In this document: one piece after another, positions 8,674 to 17,901 of the stretch
How the letters are laid out: each line of letters opens with the position of its first letter
How positions within the stretch are numbered: the stretch's first letter is position 1
Assembly (NCBI GenBank): GCA_013114715.1
Contig: QCWB01000001.1
Location: 6,648 to 70,647, forward strand
Reading direction: 5' to 3'
DNA from: Nitrososphaera sp.
Lineage (GTDB): Archaea; Thermoproteota; Nitrososphaeria; Nitrososphaerales; Nitrososphaeraceae
Length of the DNA stretch: 64,000 nt
Notes under the pieces: generated by a model
Told to the model about the DNA's origin: nothing
Databases searched by the model: none
Seen by the model: only the letters and a program-made list of their open reading frames with translations
Position numbers and translations under genes: made by a program

Positions 8674-9813
8674 TCACCTTTGGTATTGCTTCCAGCTGAC
8701 CTTCTTTCTCTTTGCTGCTTTTTCTGGCAAAGTTTTTCTCATTATGAACAGGTACTTGAAGCCGCGCAGGTAAAAGTTGAATCGCAGAGCCCGGTTGTGC
8801 CAGATTCCTGTATTAGATGTCTGGCCCCTCCTTGCGACGCAGATGATGTCAACCGTCTCAAAATGCCTGCAGAGCCGGTCATAGACATTAAAGCCAACCG
8901 GCGTGAATTTTTTCTTGACCCACTGGTCGCCTATCAGCCAGCCGATGACCTTGCCCGGCTTTAATACGCGGTGGCATTCAACCATCACCTTTTCCAGCTC
9001 ATCGTAGAATTCGTCGGTCTCTGCAGACAGCCGGCCAATGTTGCCTGCTTGGTCGTTGTAGTCTATGTTGTCTCCGTACGGCGAATCAATAAACACCATG
9101 TCAACACTACTGTCTGCAAGCGGGATCTTGCGGGCGTCGCTTTGCAGTACTTCAGGCCGTGGCGGCGCGATGTCAAACGCGGCGCATCTCCTTCCTTCTT
9201 CTTTGCAGACGTCAAGCGTGGTGCCGCTTCCAGACATTGGGTCAAGCACCAGGTCTCCAGGGTCGGTGTAGCGCCTTACCATGTTGTAGATTATGAAAGC
9301 AGGAGTCACGCCGGCATACTTGTTGCTGCCCTTTGGAGTCTTGCCGTAGCTCTGCTTTGGATAGTCCCAGAGCGTGGTAGATTCACGCCGGGGCTTGTCG
9401 TCTTGCTCGTTTCTGAAAACTACTTTGCTTTTGGGGTTTTTGATATGCTCTACCAGTGCTGCAGCATTATCCGGGCTTATAGGCTCGCGCCAGGTAGAGG
9501 AGATCTGCTTCAAGACTTTTCTTGCGTTTCTAATCGAGCCGAAATTGTCGCCTGCAACCTTTACCTGATATGGATACCTGCCTTTCCAGGCTTCCGGGAC
9601 TATGTTTTTTTCACCGTCCGAGTCTGCCGTAAACGGCCCGAAAAGCTTGTCTGAGTTGATGTTGATAAGAAACACAAGCTCGCCCTTCCTTATCTTTAGA
9701 ACGTTGTCGCCGTAAAGCTTATTTGTGCCAAACAGCATCCGGTCAAGGCATTCCTTTTCCGTCGTGCTGGTGCACGCAAGGACATAACCTGTTACCTGCT
9801 TTCCGGCCGACAT
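8674..9813 (-). CDS. Amino (N4-C/N6-A) DNA methyltransferase with N-terminal DCD-like domain
   Basis: VLDPMSGSGTT (motif I), IDSPY (motif IV); N-terminal CTSTTEKECLDRMLFG..G.LVFLIN..LFGPF.A.SDG..NI.PEAW.GRYPYQV. ATG 9813 preferred as start. Confidence 0.85.
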   Translation of the reverse strand: MSAGKQVTGYVLACTSTTEKECLDRMLFGTNKLYGDNVLKIRKGELVFLININSDKLFGPFTADSDGEKNIVPEAWKGRYPYQVKVAGDNFGSIRNARKVLKQISSTWREPISPDNAAALVEHIKNPKSKVVFRNEQDDKPRRESTTLWDYPKQSYGKTPKGSNKYAGVTPAFIIYNMVRRYTDPGDLVLDPMSGSGTTLDVCKEEGRRCAAFDIAPPRPEVLQSDARKIPLADSSVDMVFIDSPYGDNIDYNDQAGNIGRLSAETDEFYDELEKVMVECHRVLKPGKVIGWLIGDQWVKKKFTPVGFNVYDRLCRHFETVDIICVARRGQTSNTGIWHNRALRFNFYLRGFKYLFIMRKTLPEKAAKRKKVSWKQYQR

Positions 9814-9877
9814 GCGAAAAGTGTCTAATTTAGCAGATTTAACGATATCGGACGCAAGTTCTCTTGAATCAAGAGAT

Positions 9878-10222
9878 TTAGAATGTAAGCACCCTATCTG
9901 ACTCGACAACCAATTTGAGCATGTCCTTCATTGTCGATATCGGGCATACTTCAAACTGCATGTTCCTTGACTTGATACAGGTTCCGCAGGCAAGCATCGT
10001 TCCGCCAAGCTGATTCAGCCTATCAAGTTGTTCTTTTACGTTGAACTTTTCGCTCTTGATGTTTTCAATTTCTACACCTGCTCCAAGAAGGAAGATTTTG
10101 ATTTGATGACCTTCCAAAATTGCAGTATTGGAGAACCTAAGAGCATTCCAGACTGTTTCTGGATCAGTTTGTGAGATTATGATGCCAACCTTCAACTGAC
10201 GGATATCGCTGTTATCACTCAT
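9878..10222 (-). CDS. DsrE/DsrF-like family protein
   Basis: PETVWNALRF, FLLGAGVE, ACGTC..R, C..STM. Confidence 0.85.
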   Translation of the reverse strand: MSDNSDIRQLKVGIIISQTDPETVWNALRFSNTAILEGHQIKIFLLGAGVEIENIKSEKFNVKEQLDRLNQLGGTMLACGTCIKSRNMQFEVCPISTMKDMLKLVVESDRVLTF

Positions 10223-10306
10223 TAAAAGCTTGGTCTTTTTGCTTCCTTACTTTTCAAATGCGCTTGGACGCAATATCCTTTTACGTCAGTTTGACGTCCG
10301 TATATC

Positions 10307-10489
10307 ATGACAGTGTGCTACATCTGCAACACTAGAACCGCAAACCAGAACTGCGTGGAATGCAAAAAGCCAGTATGCAAGAAATGTACAAAGGATTTTC
10401 CGTTCTCTGAAAGCCTCTGCCTAGAATGCGCGGTAGGGGTCAAGACCGGCCTTGGCGGCATGAGAAAAGACAAGGGCGAGATCTTTTAA
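10307..10489 (+). CDS. Small Cys-rich zinc-finger protein
   Basis: Four CxxC pairs in 60 aa. Confidence 0.7.
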   Translation: MTVCYICNTRTANQNCVECKKPVCKKCTKDFPFSESLCLECAVGVKTGLGGMRKDKGEIF

Positions 10490-10497
10490 ACCCAGTA

Positions 10498-11070
10498 GTG
10501 CCATTTGGCCGTGTGCTCGAAAACGCACCGCCCGGCTGGACTCTGAAATCTACAAAGCAAGTCTATGAAAATTATTACCTTACTGTATACGAGGACATGC
10601 TGAACCTCGCCGGCACACCAAAAAAATACATCCGTGCAGAGCGGCAAAACTATTCGACTATAGTGCCCTTTACCTCAGACGGCAGGATTCTGACCATCAA
10701 AAGCTACCGGCATCTGGTGGATTCCTACCAGATAGAGGTGCCTTCCGGCTACATCGATGAAGGCGAAAGCCCAGAGCAGGCCGCTGTCCGGGAGCTCGAA
10801 GAGGAGACCGGCTTTGTGGCAGAAAAGATGCTGCCAGTAGGCAGCTACACCCTGGACTATTCGATGATAATCCAGACAGGGTACATTTTTGCAGCTTATG
10901 GTCTGGAAAACAAGGGCAGGCAGCAGCTTGGAAACATGGAAATCTTGGAAATGGAATTCCTGCCAGTACAGCAGATCAAGGACCTACTGCTTGGGGGCAA
11001 GATCCTAAATGCCGCATCGATAGTGGCGCTGTACCGCGCAATCGAGTTTGACAGCAGATTAGGGAAATAA
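10498..11070 (+). CDS. NUDIX hydrolase (ADP-ribose pyrophosphatase-like)
   Basis: GYIDEGESPEQAAVRELEEETG Nudix box; start uncertain. Confidence 0.9.
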   Translation: MPFGRVLENAPPGWTLKSTKQVYENYYLTVYEDMLNLAGTPKKYIRAERQNYSTIVPFTSDGRILTIKSYRHLVDSYQIEVPSGYIDEGESPEQAAVRELEEETGFVAEKMLPVGSYTLDYSMIIQTGYIFAAYGLENKGRQQLGNMEILEMEFLPVQQIKDLLLGGKILNAASIVALYRAIEFDSRLGK

Positions 11071-11100
11071 TTTAAATCATGCAACTGCAAATATCATCAC

Positions 11101-11658
11101 ATGTCTTCTAACGTAAAGGTAGGCGATAGCCCGAACCACTTCATGGTCCTTGATGCAATATCAAGAGGAATCAAGTCAGTTGGCAAGATTGCCAGCGTAA
11201 CTAAGCTGAGCAAGCCCCAGGTGGAGATGATAATAAACGACCTGGCAGCACAGCGCCTGATAGTCAAGAGCGAGAAAAAGAGCTTTTTTGGCAAGAAGGA
11301 AGAATTAACCATCACTGAAACCGGCATGAGAATGCTCATGGCCAAGAAGCAAGAGCTGGACCAGAAATTCCAGCAGATCCAGCAATGGTATTCAAACGGC
11401 CAGATGGGCCAGCTTCAAAACTCCATGCAGTCTGACAGGCTCTGGTTCCCGTTCATGATGTTCTCCGGAATAATGAACATCATGTTCTTTGCGTCCATGA
11501 TGTCGATGATGGGAGCTGCAATGAGTCCAGCTGAAAGCTCGTTTGCTGGAGATGCCGGCGCAGGCGGAGAAGCTGGAGACGGTGGCGCGGCAGGCGACAG
11601 CGGCGATGCCGGCGGTGGCGATTTTGGCGGCGATATGGGCGGAGACTTTGGCTTCTAG
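11101..11658 (+). CDS. Winged-helix protein with Met-rich segment and Gly/Asp-rich tail
   Basis: wHTH-like N-terminus ending LTITETG; GGDFGG tail. Confidence 0.7.
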   Translation: MSSNVKVGDSPNHFMVLDAISRGIKSVGKIASVTKLSKPQVEMIINDLAAQRLIVKSEKKSFFGKKEELTITETGMRMLMAKKQELDQKFQQIQQWYSNGQMGQLQNSMQSDRLWFPFMMFSGIMNIMFFASMMSMMGAAMSPAESSFAGDAGAGGEAGDGGAAGDSGDAGGGDFGGDMGGDFGF

Positions 11659-12287
11659 CCTTTTGATTTTTTAATAGCCTGCGGGACAACTATGGCAAGC
11701 GCTCCAGCCACTAGGGTCAGAGGGATGGAGAGCAAGACAGAATACTGGTATAGCAGCAACCCGACTGTTTCGGCAGTGATTATGCATGCGCTTTCCGCAG
11801 TAACCAGTATGACCAGGCTTGATTTTAGCAATCCCTTCAGGTTTGGCTGCCTGTGAAGTGCCGCCATCTTTCTTATTCCAGAAGCAAAATCTGTCAGCGT
11901 ATCCTTTAGACCTGACAAAAATCCAGAACTTTCGTGTTCCAGCACTGAACAGCAGCTGCCATGATTGCCTCTGCCCAGTATTGTTAGAAAAGTTGTAAAT
12001 CCTGCTAGCGTGTAACCTGCCGCATAAGCCGCTGCAATGCCTGCTGGGTTGAAGCCAAAAGCGTACAGGCCCAAATTCTCGCCGACTTCTGCTGATGCTA
12101 TGCAGAGTATCTCTATCCCTAATGCTGCGGCAAACAGCTCCTTGGAATTTCTAAAGAACGCAGATATCGAAAACGATTTAACATGCATGCTCGAGCAGCA
12201 GCCATCGTCTTTGCAGACAACGCAATCTGTGCTGCATTTTTCAACAATACAGAGGCATTCCTTGCAGTTCGTAACTACAATATGCAT
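11655..12287 (-). CDS. Membrane protein with Cys-rich N-terminus
   Basis: Eight Cys in the first ~31 aa, several hydrophobic helices; follows the ABC permease by 9 nt. Confidence 0.7.
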   Translation of the reverse strand: MHIVVTNCKECLCIVEKCSTDCVVCKDDGCCSSMHVKSFSISAFFRNSKELFAAALGIEILCIASAEVGENLGLYAFGFNPAGIAAAYAAGYTLAGFTTFLTILGRGNHGSCCSVLEHESSGFLSGLKDTLTDFASGIRKMAALHRQPNLKGLLKSSLVILVTAESACIITAETVGLLLYQYSVLLSIPLTLVAGALAIVVPQAIKKSKG

Positions 12288-12296
12288 TTTAGGTAT

Positions 12297-13139
12297 TTAG
12301 GCCTTGATCTCTGCTTCTTTTTCCTTCTGCCTTGAAAATCTAATTGCAAGAGCCGTCACAAAAGTTGCAGCAGAAATAAGCACGATGCTTCCTGCTGGCG
12401 CTAGGTTAAACGCATAAGATACTATTGTGCCTGCCACGACTGAAAATATCGAAACAGACACGGAAATCAGCATGGTCTTTTTAAAACCTCTGCCGAGCAG
12501 CAGCGCCGTTACGTTGGGGATTACTATCAGCGCGGAGACGAGCAATATTCCTACAAGGCGCATGGACACGACTGCCGCCACGCTGGCAAGAACCACAAAC
12601 AAATAGTTCAGCCGGGATATGTCAAGCCCGCTGACCTGCGCCTGCTCCTCGTCAAAAGTGATGTAAACCAGCTTTTTGTACAGCAATATGACTATGGTCA
12701 GGATTATTCCGGTAAGCGCAAGTATGGCCAGAGTGTCGTTGACAGAGACAAGCAGTATACTTCCAAACAAAAAGCTGAACAGGTCAAGGGTAAAGCCACC
12801 GGATACACTGACAAGCATTATTCCAATGGCCAGGCCAGAGGAAAGCAGGATGGCAACCGTCGCGTCTGCCGGGATCTTTGTAGACTGTCGCAGCTTTGTT
12901 ATGCCAAGAGCTCCCAGTATTGACAGGCCAAGCCCGGTCCAAAGCGGGTAGATGTTGGCCATCAATCCTATCGCAATGCCACCAAACGCGATGTGGGACA
13001 TGGCGTCTCCAAACAGCGAATTTCGTCTCAGCACCAGAAACAGGCCAATCACCGATGATGTGATGGCCACTGCGATGCCCGCCATCAGGGCGCGTTGCAT
13101 AAATCCAAATTCAAGGACTTCTAGGACCATCTTTTCCAC
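12297..13139 (-). CDS. znuB: Zn/Mn ABC transporter permease
   Basis: ABC-3 motifs GDAMSHIAFGG, FLFGSIL, TFDEE.A, VGILLVSAL. Confidence 0.93.
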   Translation of the reverse strand: MEKMVLEVLEFGFMQRALMAGIAVAITSSVIGLFLVLRRNSLFGDAMSHIAFGGIAIGLMANIYPLWTGLGLSILGALGITKLRQSTKIPADATVAILLSSGLAIGIMLVSVSGGFTLDLFSFLFGSILLVSVNDTLAILALTGIILTIVILLYKKLVYITFDEEQAQVSGLDISRLNYLFVVLASVAAVVSMRLVGILLVSALIVIPNVTALLLGRGFKKTMLISVSVSIFSVVAGTIVSYAFNLAPAGSIVLISAATFVTALAIRFSRQKEKEAEIKA

Positions 13140-13880
13140 CTAGTGATGATCATGCATGTGCATATGCGCCTGCATGCTTGATTCAGAATACGCCTTTAGC
13201 AAGTCCGGGTTTTCAAAGAACTCATGTGTCTGGCCGTGGAAGAACATGCTGCGGTTGATGCAGGCCACGCCTGTGGCCAGCTTGTTAACCGCGTCCAGGT
13301 CGTGCGACGACCAGATCATGGTTATCTTGTTTTCTCCGTTTAACTTTCTTAGCAGCGCGTAGAACTTGTTCTGAGTTTCAAGGTCGATGCCGGTAGCCGG
13401 TTCGTCTAAGATAAGCAGTTCCGGATCGTTGACTATGGCTTTTGCTATCAGAACTCGCTGCTGCTGGCCGCCTGAAAGCTCGCCTATTCTCCTGTCCTGC
13501 AAGCTTGAAAGGCCAACAGTTTCAAGGGCCGATAAAATCCGCTCCTTGTAGCTTTTGTCCTTCCGGCTGCTTGTAATGCCAAGGGAGACTATCTCCTCTA
13601 TAGTGGCCGGGAAATTCCTGTCGATGTTTTTCTTTTGCGGGATGTATCCGATTTTCTGGAAGACTTTTCTGTTCTTTTTGATGTCCTCGCCAAAGATCCG
13701 GATGCTGCCACGGTAGCCGCCAAGCAGACCGAGCATGCAGCTAAACAGCGTAGTTTTGCCTGCGCCGTTTGGACCTATAATGCCAAGCAGATCTCCCTTG
13801 TCGACGGAAAACGATATGCTGTCCAGAGCCAGTGTCGAGCCGTAGGAAAACGAAACGCCGTCAATCTCTAGGACGTGCAT
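13140..13880 (-). CDS. znuC: Zn/Mn ABC transporter ATPase
   Basis: GPNGAGKTT, LSGGQQQR, LILDEP, His-rich C-terminus. Confidence 0.95.
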   Translation of the reverse strand: MHVLEIDGVSFSYGSTLALDSISFSVDKGDLLGIIGPNGAGKTTLFSCMLGLLGGYRGSIRIFGEDIKKNRKVFQKIGYIPQKKNIDRNFPATIEEIVSLGITSSRKDKSYKERILSALETVGLSSLQDRRIGELSGGQQQRVLIAKAIVNDPELLILDEPATGIDLETQNKFYALLRKLNGENKITMIWSSHDLDAVNKLATGVACINRSMFFHGQTHEFFENPDLLKAYSESSMQAHMHMHDHH

Positions 13881-14794
13881 TTGAGGCCCTCCTTTAGGTT
13901 GGCAAGGTTCTGCTGCATCTTGTCGATGTATCCTATTCCTTTGGCCTGCTCTTCGCTGTCAATGCCTTCTATCGGGCTTAGGACGAGCACCCTGCCGCCA
14001 GGGATCTCATTTGCAATGACTTCTGCAAGCCTGCTGTCGACGAGCTCTTCTGAATAAATCGTGTCTATGTGAAGGTCGTTTGCCAAGCCGATTACCTGTT
14101 CTATTCTCTGGGGTAGTATTTCGCCTTCCGGGGAGATTCCCTGGATGCCGTGCTGCGTCAAGCCGTATCTTTGGGCAAACCGGCTAAAGGCATCATGAAA
14201 GGCAATAAAATCTGATTTCTGGCAGTCTGACAGCTCACCTGATATTTGCTTGTCAAGCAAGTCCAGCTCGGCAGTAAATCTGGCCGCGTTATCGTTGTAA
14301 TAGCCGGCGTTGATAGGATCAATCTCTACCAGCGCGACTCTGATACTTTCAACCTCGTGCTTGGCAAGAACCGGATCGAGCCATACATGCGGGTCTATGC
14401 CCTCGTCATGGCCGGATTCTTCGTTGCCTCCGTCCAGCTGCAGGCCGTCGGTTGCGACCACCAATCTCCTTGCACTGATATTTTCGGCCCATCTCTCAAA
14501 ACCCGCGCCGTTTATCACTAGCATGTCTGCAGATCCGGCCTTCAATACGTCGCCGGCAGTAGGCTCCCAGTCATGCGGCTCTATGCCAGCAGGAATCATG
14601 CTGGATACTTCGGCCCTGTCGCCGGCCACGTGGGAAGCAAAATCGTAAAGCGGGTAAAATGAGGCAATTATCCTGATCTTTTTATCCGCAGAAATATTGT
14701 CTTGGGAGGCAGGCTTGCCTGTGTACGCCGTGGCAGCCATCGCCAGGGGAATGACTATAGCGATGGCCAAAAGAGCTGCCCTGCTCTGCTTCAT
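13868..14794 (-). CDS. znuA: Zn/Mn ABC transporter substrate-binding protein
   Basis: EPHDWEP, DPHVWLDP, HDAF; N-terminal signal/anchor. Confidence 0.94.
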   Translation of the reverse strand: MKQSRAALLAIAIVIPLAMAATAYTGKPASQDNISADKKIRIIASFYPLYDFASHVAGDRAEVSSMIPAGIEPHDWEPTAGDVLKAGSADMLVINGAGFERWAENISARRLVVATDGLQLDGGNEESGHDEGIDPHVWLDPVLAKHEVESIRVALVEIDPINAGYYNDNAARFTAELDLLDKQISGELSDCQKSDFIAFHDAFSRFAQRYGLTQHGIQGISPEGEILPQRIEQVIGLANDLHIDTIYSEELVDSRLAEVIANEIPGGRVLVLSPIEGIDSEEQAKGIGYIDKMQQNLANLKEGLKCTS

Positions 14795-14808
14795 CGTGGA
14801 TATTTTGC

Positions 14809-14872
14809 GTTATTAAGAATATATACTTTTGTTAATAATTAATATGGAAGTCTTTATAAAGTTCTTAATAAC
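14809..14872. promoter_or_regulatory. Inverted repeats in the znuA/regulator divergent promoter
   Basis: GTTATTAAGAA (14809-14819) / TTCTTAATAAC (14862-14872); also TTATTAA-N15-TTAATAA (14810-14838). Confidence 0.55.
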
Positions 14873-14883
14873 AATAAAGATCG

Positions 14884-15267
14884 TTGCCGATAGTAAGCGT
14901 TTCACTAAACGAAGATATACTTTTGGAAATGGAGGGTCTTCAGAAGGCCCTTGGATTCTCTGGCAGGTCGGAAATAGTCCGCGCCGGCATCAGGCAGCTT
15001 GCCGCTGAAGAGAAGGACCGGCAGACCCTTATTGGGTTTGTGCATGCGCTTTTGATGGTTGTCCACAACGAAGAATCCGAAAAGCAGGTAACGGAAATGA
15101 AACACGATTACGATGATCTAGTGCAGACTCATCTTCACAGCAAGATCCACGGCGACCGGTGCCTTGAGCTGTTTTTGTTGAAGGGCGACGCAGAAGAGGT
15201 AAAGCGGATGACCAAAGAGTTCCAGTCAAACAAAAAAATGGACCACGTAAAGCTAATCTCCATGTAG
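14884..15267 (+). CDS. NikR-family (ribbon-helix-helix + ACT-like) metal-responsive regulator
   Basis: IVSVSL..GFSGRSEIVR; THLHSKIHGDRCLE. Confidence 0.9.
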   Translation: MPIVSVSLNEDILLEMEGLQKALGFSGRSEIVRAGIRQLAAEEKDRQTLIGFVHALLMVVHNEESEKQVTEMKHDYDDLVQTHLHSKIHGDRCLELFLLKGDAEEVKRMTKEFQSNKKMDHVKLISM

Positions 15268-15275
15268 GGTTATCT

Positions 15276-16292
15276 ATGACACTGTTTTTCACAAGCCCGA
15301 TAGGCCTTGGGCATGCGACTAGGGACATTGTCATCGCGGAAAACCTGCAAATCCCGAAAAACGAGCTTTTATTCGTAAGCGGGGAGAGCGCGCCAAGATT
15401 GATTGAAAAGAAAGGCTACAGGGTCATGAACGTCTACCGGCCAGAAAAATTCATTGTGGCCAACGGGCAGCTGCAGAAATCCTTCAAGTGGTTGATGGAC
15501 TACTATTCCTACTACAAGAAATGCAAGCTGATAGCAAAAGACATACTGAAGCAGCGTGACGGCCTGATAATAAGCGACGAGGATTTTGCCTCGATAGCAG
15601 TCGGAGAAGAGCTGGGCCGAAAACGGATACTTGTCACCGACGTTACAGAGACTCATTTCACGTCTGGCGCCGCATCGATAATCGAGCGCAAGATGAATAA
15701 TTCCATGCACAAGATGATGGATGCCTGTGACTGCGTCATCATCCCGGACAACGGCGAGGACCACGACAACACCGTCTATGTGGGGCCGATTGTCAGAAAC
15801 CTCACCGCTGACCGGCAGACCCTGCGGCAACGGCTCAACTTTACTAGAAACATCATCCTTGTCAGCGTCGGCGGCACCGATGCAGGGCAGTACCTGATTG
15901 AAAAGGCAATCAAATCTTTCCAGAAATTAAAACCGGATGCAGAGCTGGTCATAGTCTCCGGCCCGTCGCTAAAGCTGCCGGATTCGCCGGACTATAGGAA
16001 CCTAGGATTTGTGGACAACCTGCATGAGCTTGTCTATGCTGCTGATCTCGTGATCTCGCTTGCTGGCAGGTCCACGATGGACGAATCCATAGTCTACGGT
16101 ACGCCTGGAATCTTTATCCCGTTAAAGGGCCACTTTGAGCAGGAGCAGGGCGCAGCAAGGCTTGGATACAAATACGACGACATATTCCGGCTGGACTCTC
16201 TTATTGAAGAAAAGTTGGGCCAGAGAAACAACCCATCTGATGCAAACGGCGCGGCAAAGGCTGCAGAAATAATATCAAAGTTCCTACATTAG
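15276..16292 (+). CDS. Glycosyltransferase family 28 (MurG-like)
   Basis: GLGHATR, SVGGT, AADLVISLAGRST..E, HFEQ. Confidence 0.85.
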   Translation: MTLFFTSPIGLGHATRDIVIAENLQIPKNELLFVSGESAPRLIEKKGYRVMNVYRPEKFIVANGQLQKSFKWLMDYYSYYKKCKLIAKDILKQRDGLIISDEDFASIAVGEELGRKRILVTDVTETHFTSGAASIIERKMNNSMHKMMDACDCVIIPDNGEDHDNTVYVGPIVRNLTADRQTLRQRLNFTRNIILVSVGGTDAGQYLIEKAIKSFQKLKPDAELVIVSGPSLKLPDSPDYRNLGFVDNLHELVYAADLVISLAGRSTMDESIVYGTPGIFIPLKGHFEQEQGAARLGYKYDDIFRLDSLIEEKLGQRNNPSDANGAAKAAEIISKFLH

Positions 16293-16473
16293 GTCTTCTG
16301 GCTTTTCCTCGTGACCGCAATTCTGGCAGCGGTATATCTTAAAGCCAATATGCACCATCTCGCCTCCGCAGCGGATGCATTCTTCCTGCATAATTATTGC
16401 AACAACATTGTTCTATATTTACAAAGACCTATCTTTAATATAGGGAATAACCTCGCAGTAGCCACAAGTCTAG

Positions 16474-17901
16474 ATGACTTCTATCACGGTTGCCAAATTT
16501 GGTGGAAGCGCCCTGGGAGTCGACGGAGTCCTGATTCCCAAGATTATTGACAGGATAAAACAGATGAAACAGGATTCCAAGGTAGTCGCGGTATTTTCGG
16601 CTCCGCTAATCGAGTACGAGGGCAAGAACAGCTCCATGACCGACGTCGCCATAAGGGTGGGCAGAAACTACGCCAGCTCAAATCCTGTAGAGATAGAAGT
16701 GCTGCGAGAGGTATACGACCGGATAGCTTCTAGGTACCTGGATGAAACAGCCAAGAAAACCTTTGCTGATCAGCTGGAGAAATTCTATAGGCAGGTTATC
16801 ATTTCATTAAAGCAGGCAGCCGAGAATAGGCGGTTTGTCGACGTGATAAGGTCAAGGACGCTGGCCTACAGCGGCGAGGTCACGATGTCGTATCTTATGG
16901 GCCACGTGATGCAAAGCCAGGGAATCAATGCAGCCTACGTCCCGATTGAAAAATGGCCAATAATAACCGATGACAACTTTGAAGCCGCCAGCTTTCTGGT
17001 CAACGAATCAAGGCAAAACTCGGGACACTTGATGCAGCTTATCGAGGAAAACGATGTAGTGGTCATCGGCGGATTTATCGGCAAGACCGTCGACGGACTG
17101 GAGACAACGTACGAGCGGGGTGGCTCTGACAGGACAGCGGCAGACATATCGATTCTGCTGCACGACAAATACGATACCAAGGTATCCTTTGAAAAGGACA
17201 GCGCGGTGCTAAGCGCGGATCCAAAAATAGTGAAGGACGGCCTGGATTTTGTGCAGTACCTTTCATACAACGAGGCAAAGCTGGCCGGCATGTTTGGGAT
17301 GAAGATCCTAGATCCAATAGCTATCAAGGAGATAGACGACAACGGCCTGGACATACCGATTGTCATAACAGACATGGCAAGGCCAAGCAGCGTCACCATG
17401 ATAAAGAGAAGCCCGCCAACCGACGACACCGCCAACCCCATAAAGATAGTTACAGGCAAAAAGAATTGCGCCATAGTCAGGATGGAAAGCATTTCGTCTT
17501 CGCATCTGGTCGCTGCACTGGAGAAAGACAAGCAGTACCACGACTTTGTCAAGCTATCGCCTTACGTCTCCGACGATACGGAGATGACGCGGCTGTTGTT
17601 TCTGGACGCTGATTACGTCAAAAGGCACGAGAAGCATTTTCGGGCCTACTATCCAAAATCTGAGGTGGTCTACGGCCGGGGAGTAGTCACACTGATAGGA
17701 GACGAAATGTGGCGCGTGCCCAAGATAGCTTCGACTGCTAGCAGCACGATAAGCGAGCACGACATCAACATACTCAATCTTGACGCCCAGGAAGAGACTT
17801 CCAGGATCCTGATTATTGTGGAGGACAAGGGCAGCAGCGTTGGAGACGCAATAAAGGCAATCCACTCAACTCGGGTCAAGATCCACGGTGCCAGCAAATG
17901 A
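16474..17901 (+). CDS. lysC: Aspartate kinase
   Basis: VAKFGGS, RGGSDRTA, SADPK, LSYNEA, C-terminal ACT-like region. Confidence 0.92.
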   Translation: MTSITVAKFGGSALGVDGVLIPKIIDRIKQMKQDSKVVAVFSAPLIEYEGKNSSMTDVAIRVGRNYASSNPVEIEVLREVYDRIASRYLDETAKKTFADQLEKFYRQVIISLKQAAENRRFVDVIRSRTLAYSGEVTMSYLMGHVMQSQGINAAYVPIEKWPIITDDNFEAASFLVNESRQNSGHLMQLIEENDVVVIGGFIGKTVDGLETTYERGGSDRTAADISILLHDKYDTKVSFEKDSAVLSADPKIVKDGLDFVQYLSYNEAKLAGMFGMKILDPIAIKEIDDNGLDIPIVITDMARPSSVTMIKRSPPTDDTANPIKIVTGKKNCAIVRMESISSSHLVAALEKDKQYHDFVKLSPYVSDDTEMTRLLFLDADYVKRHEKHFRAYYPKSEVVYGRGVVTLIGDEMWRVPKIASTASSTISEHDINILNLDAQEETSRILIIVEDKGSSVGDAIKAIHSTRVKIHGASK

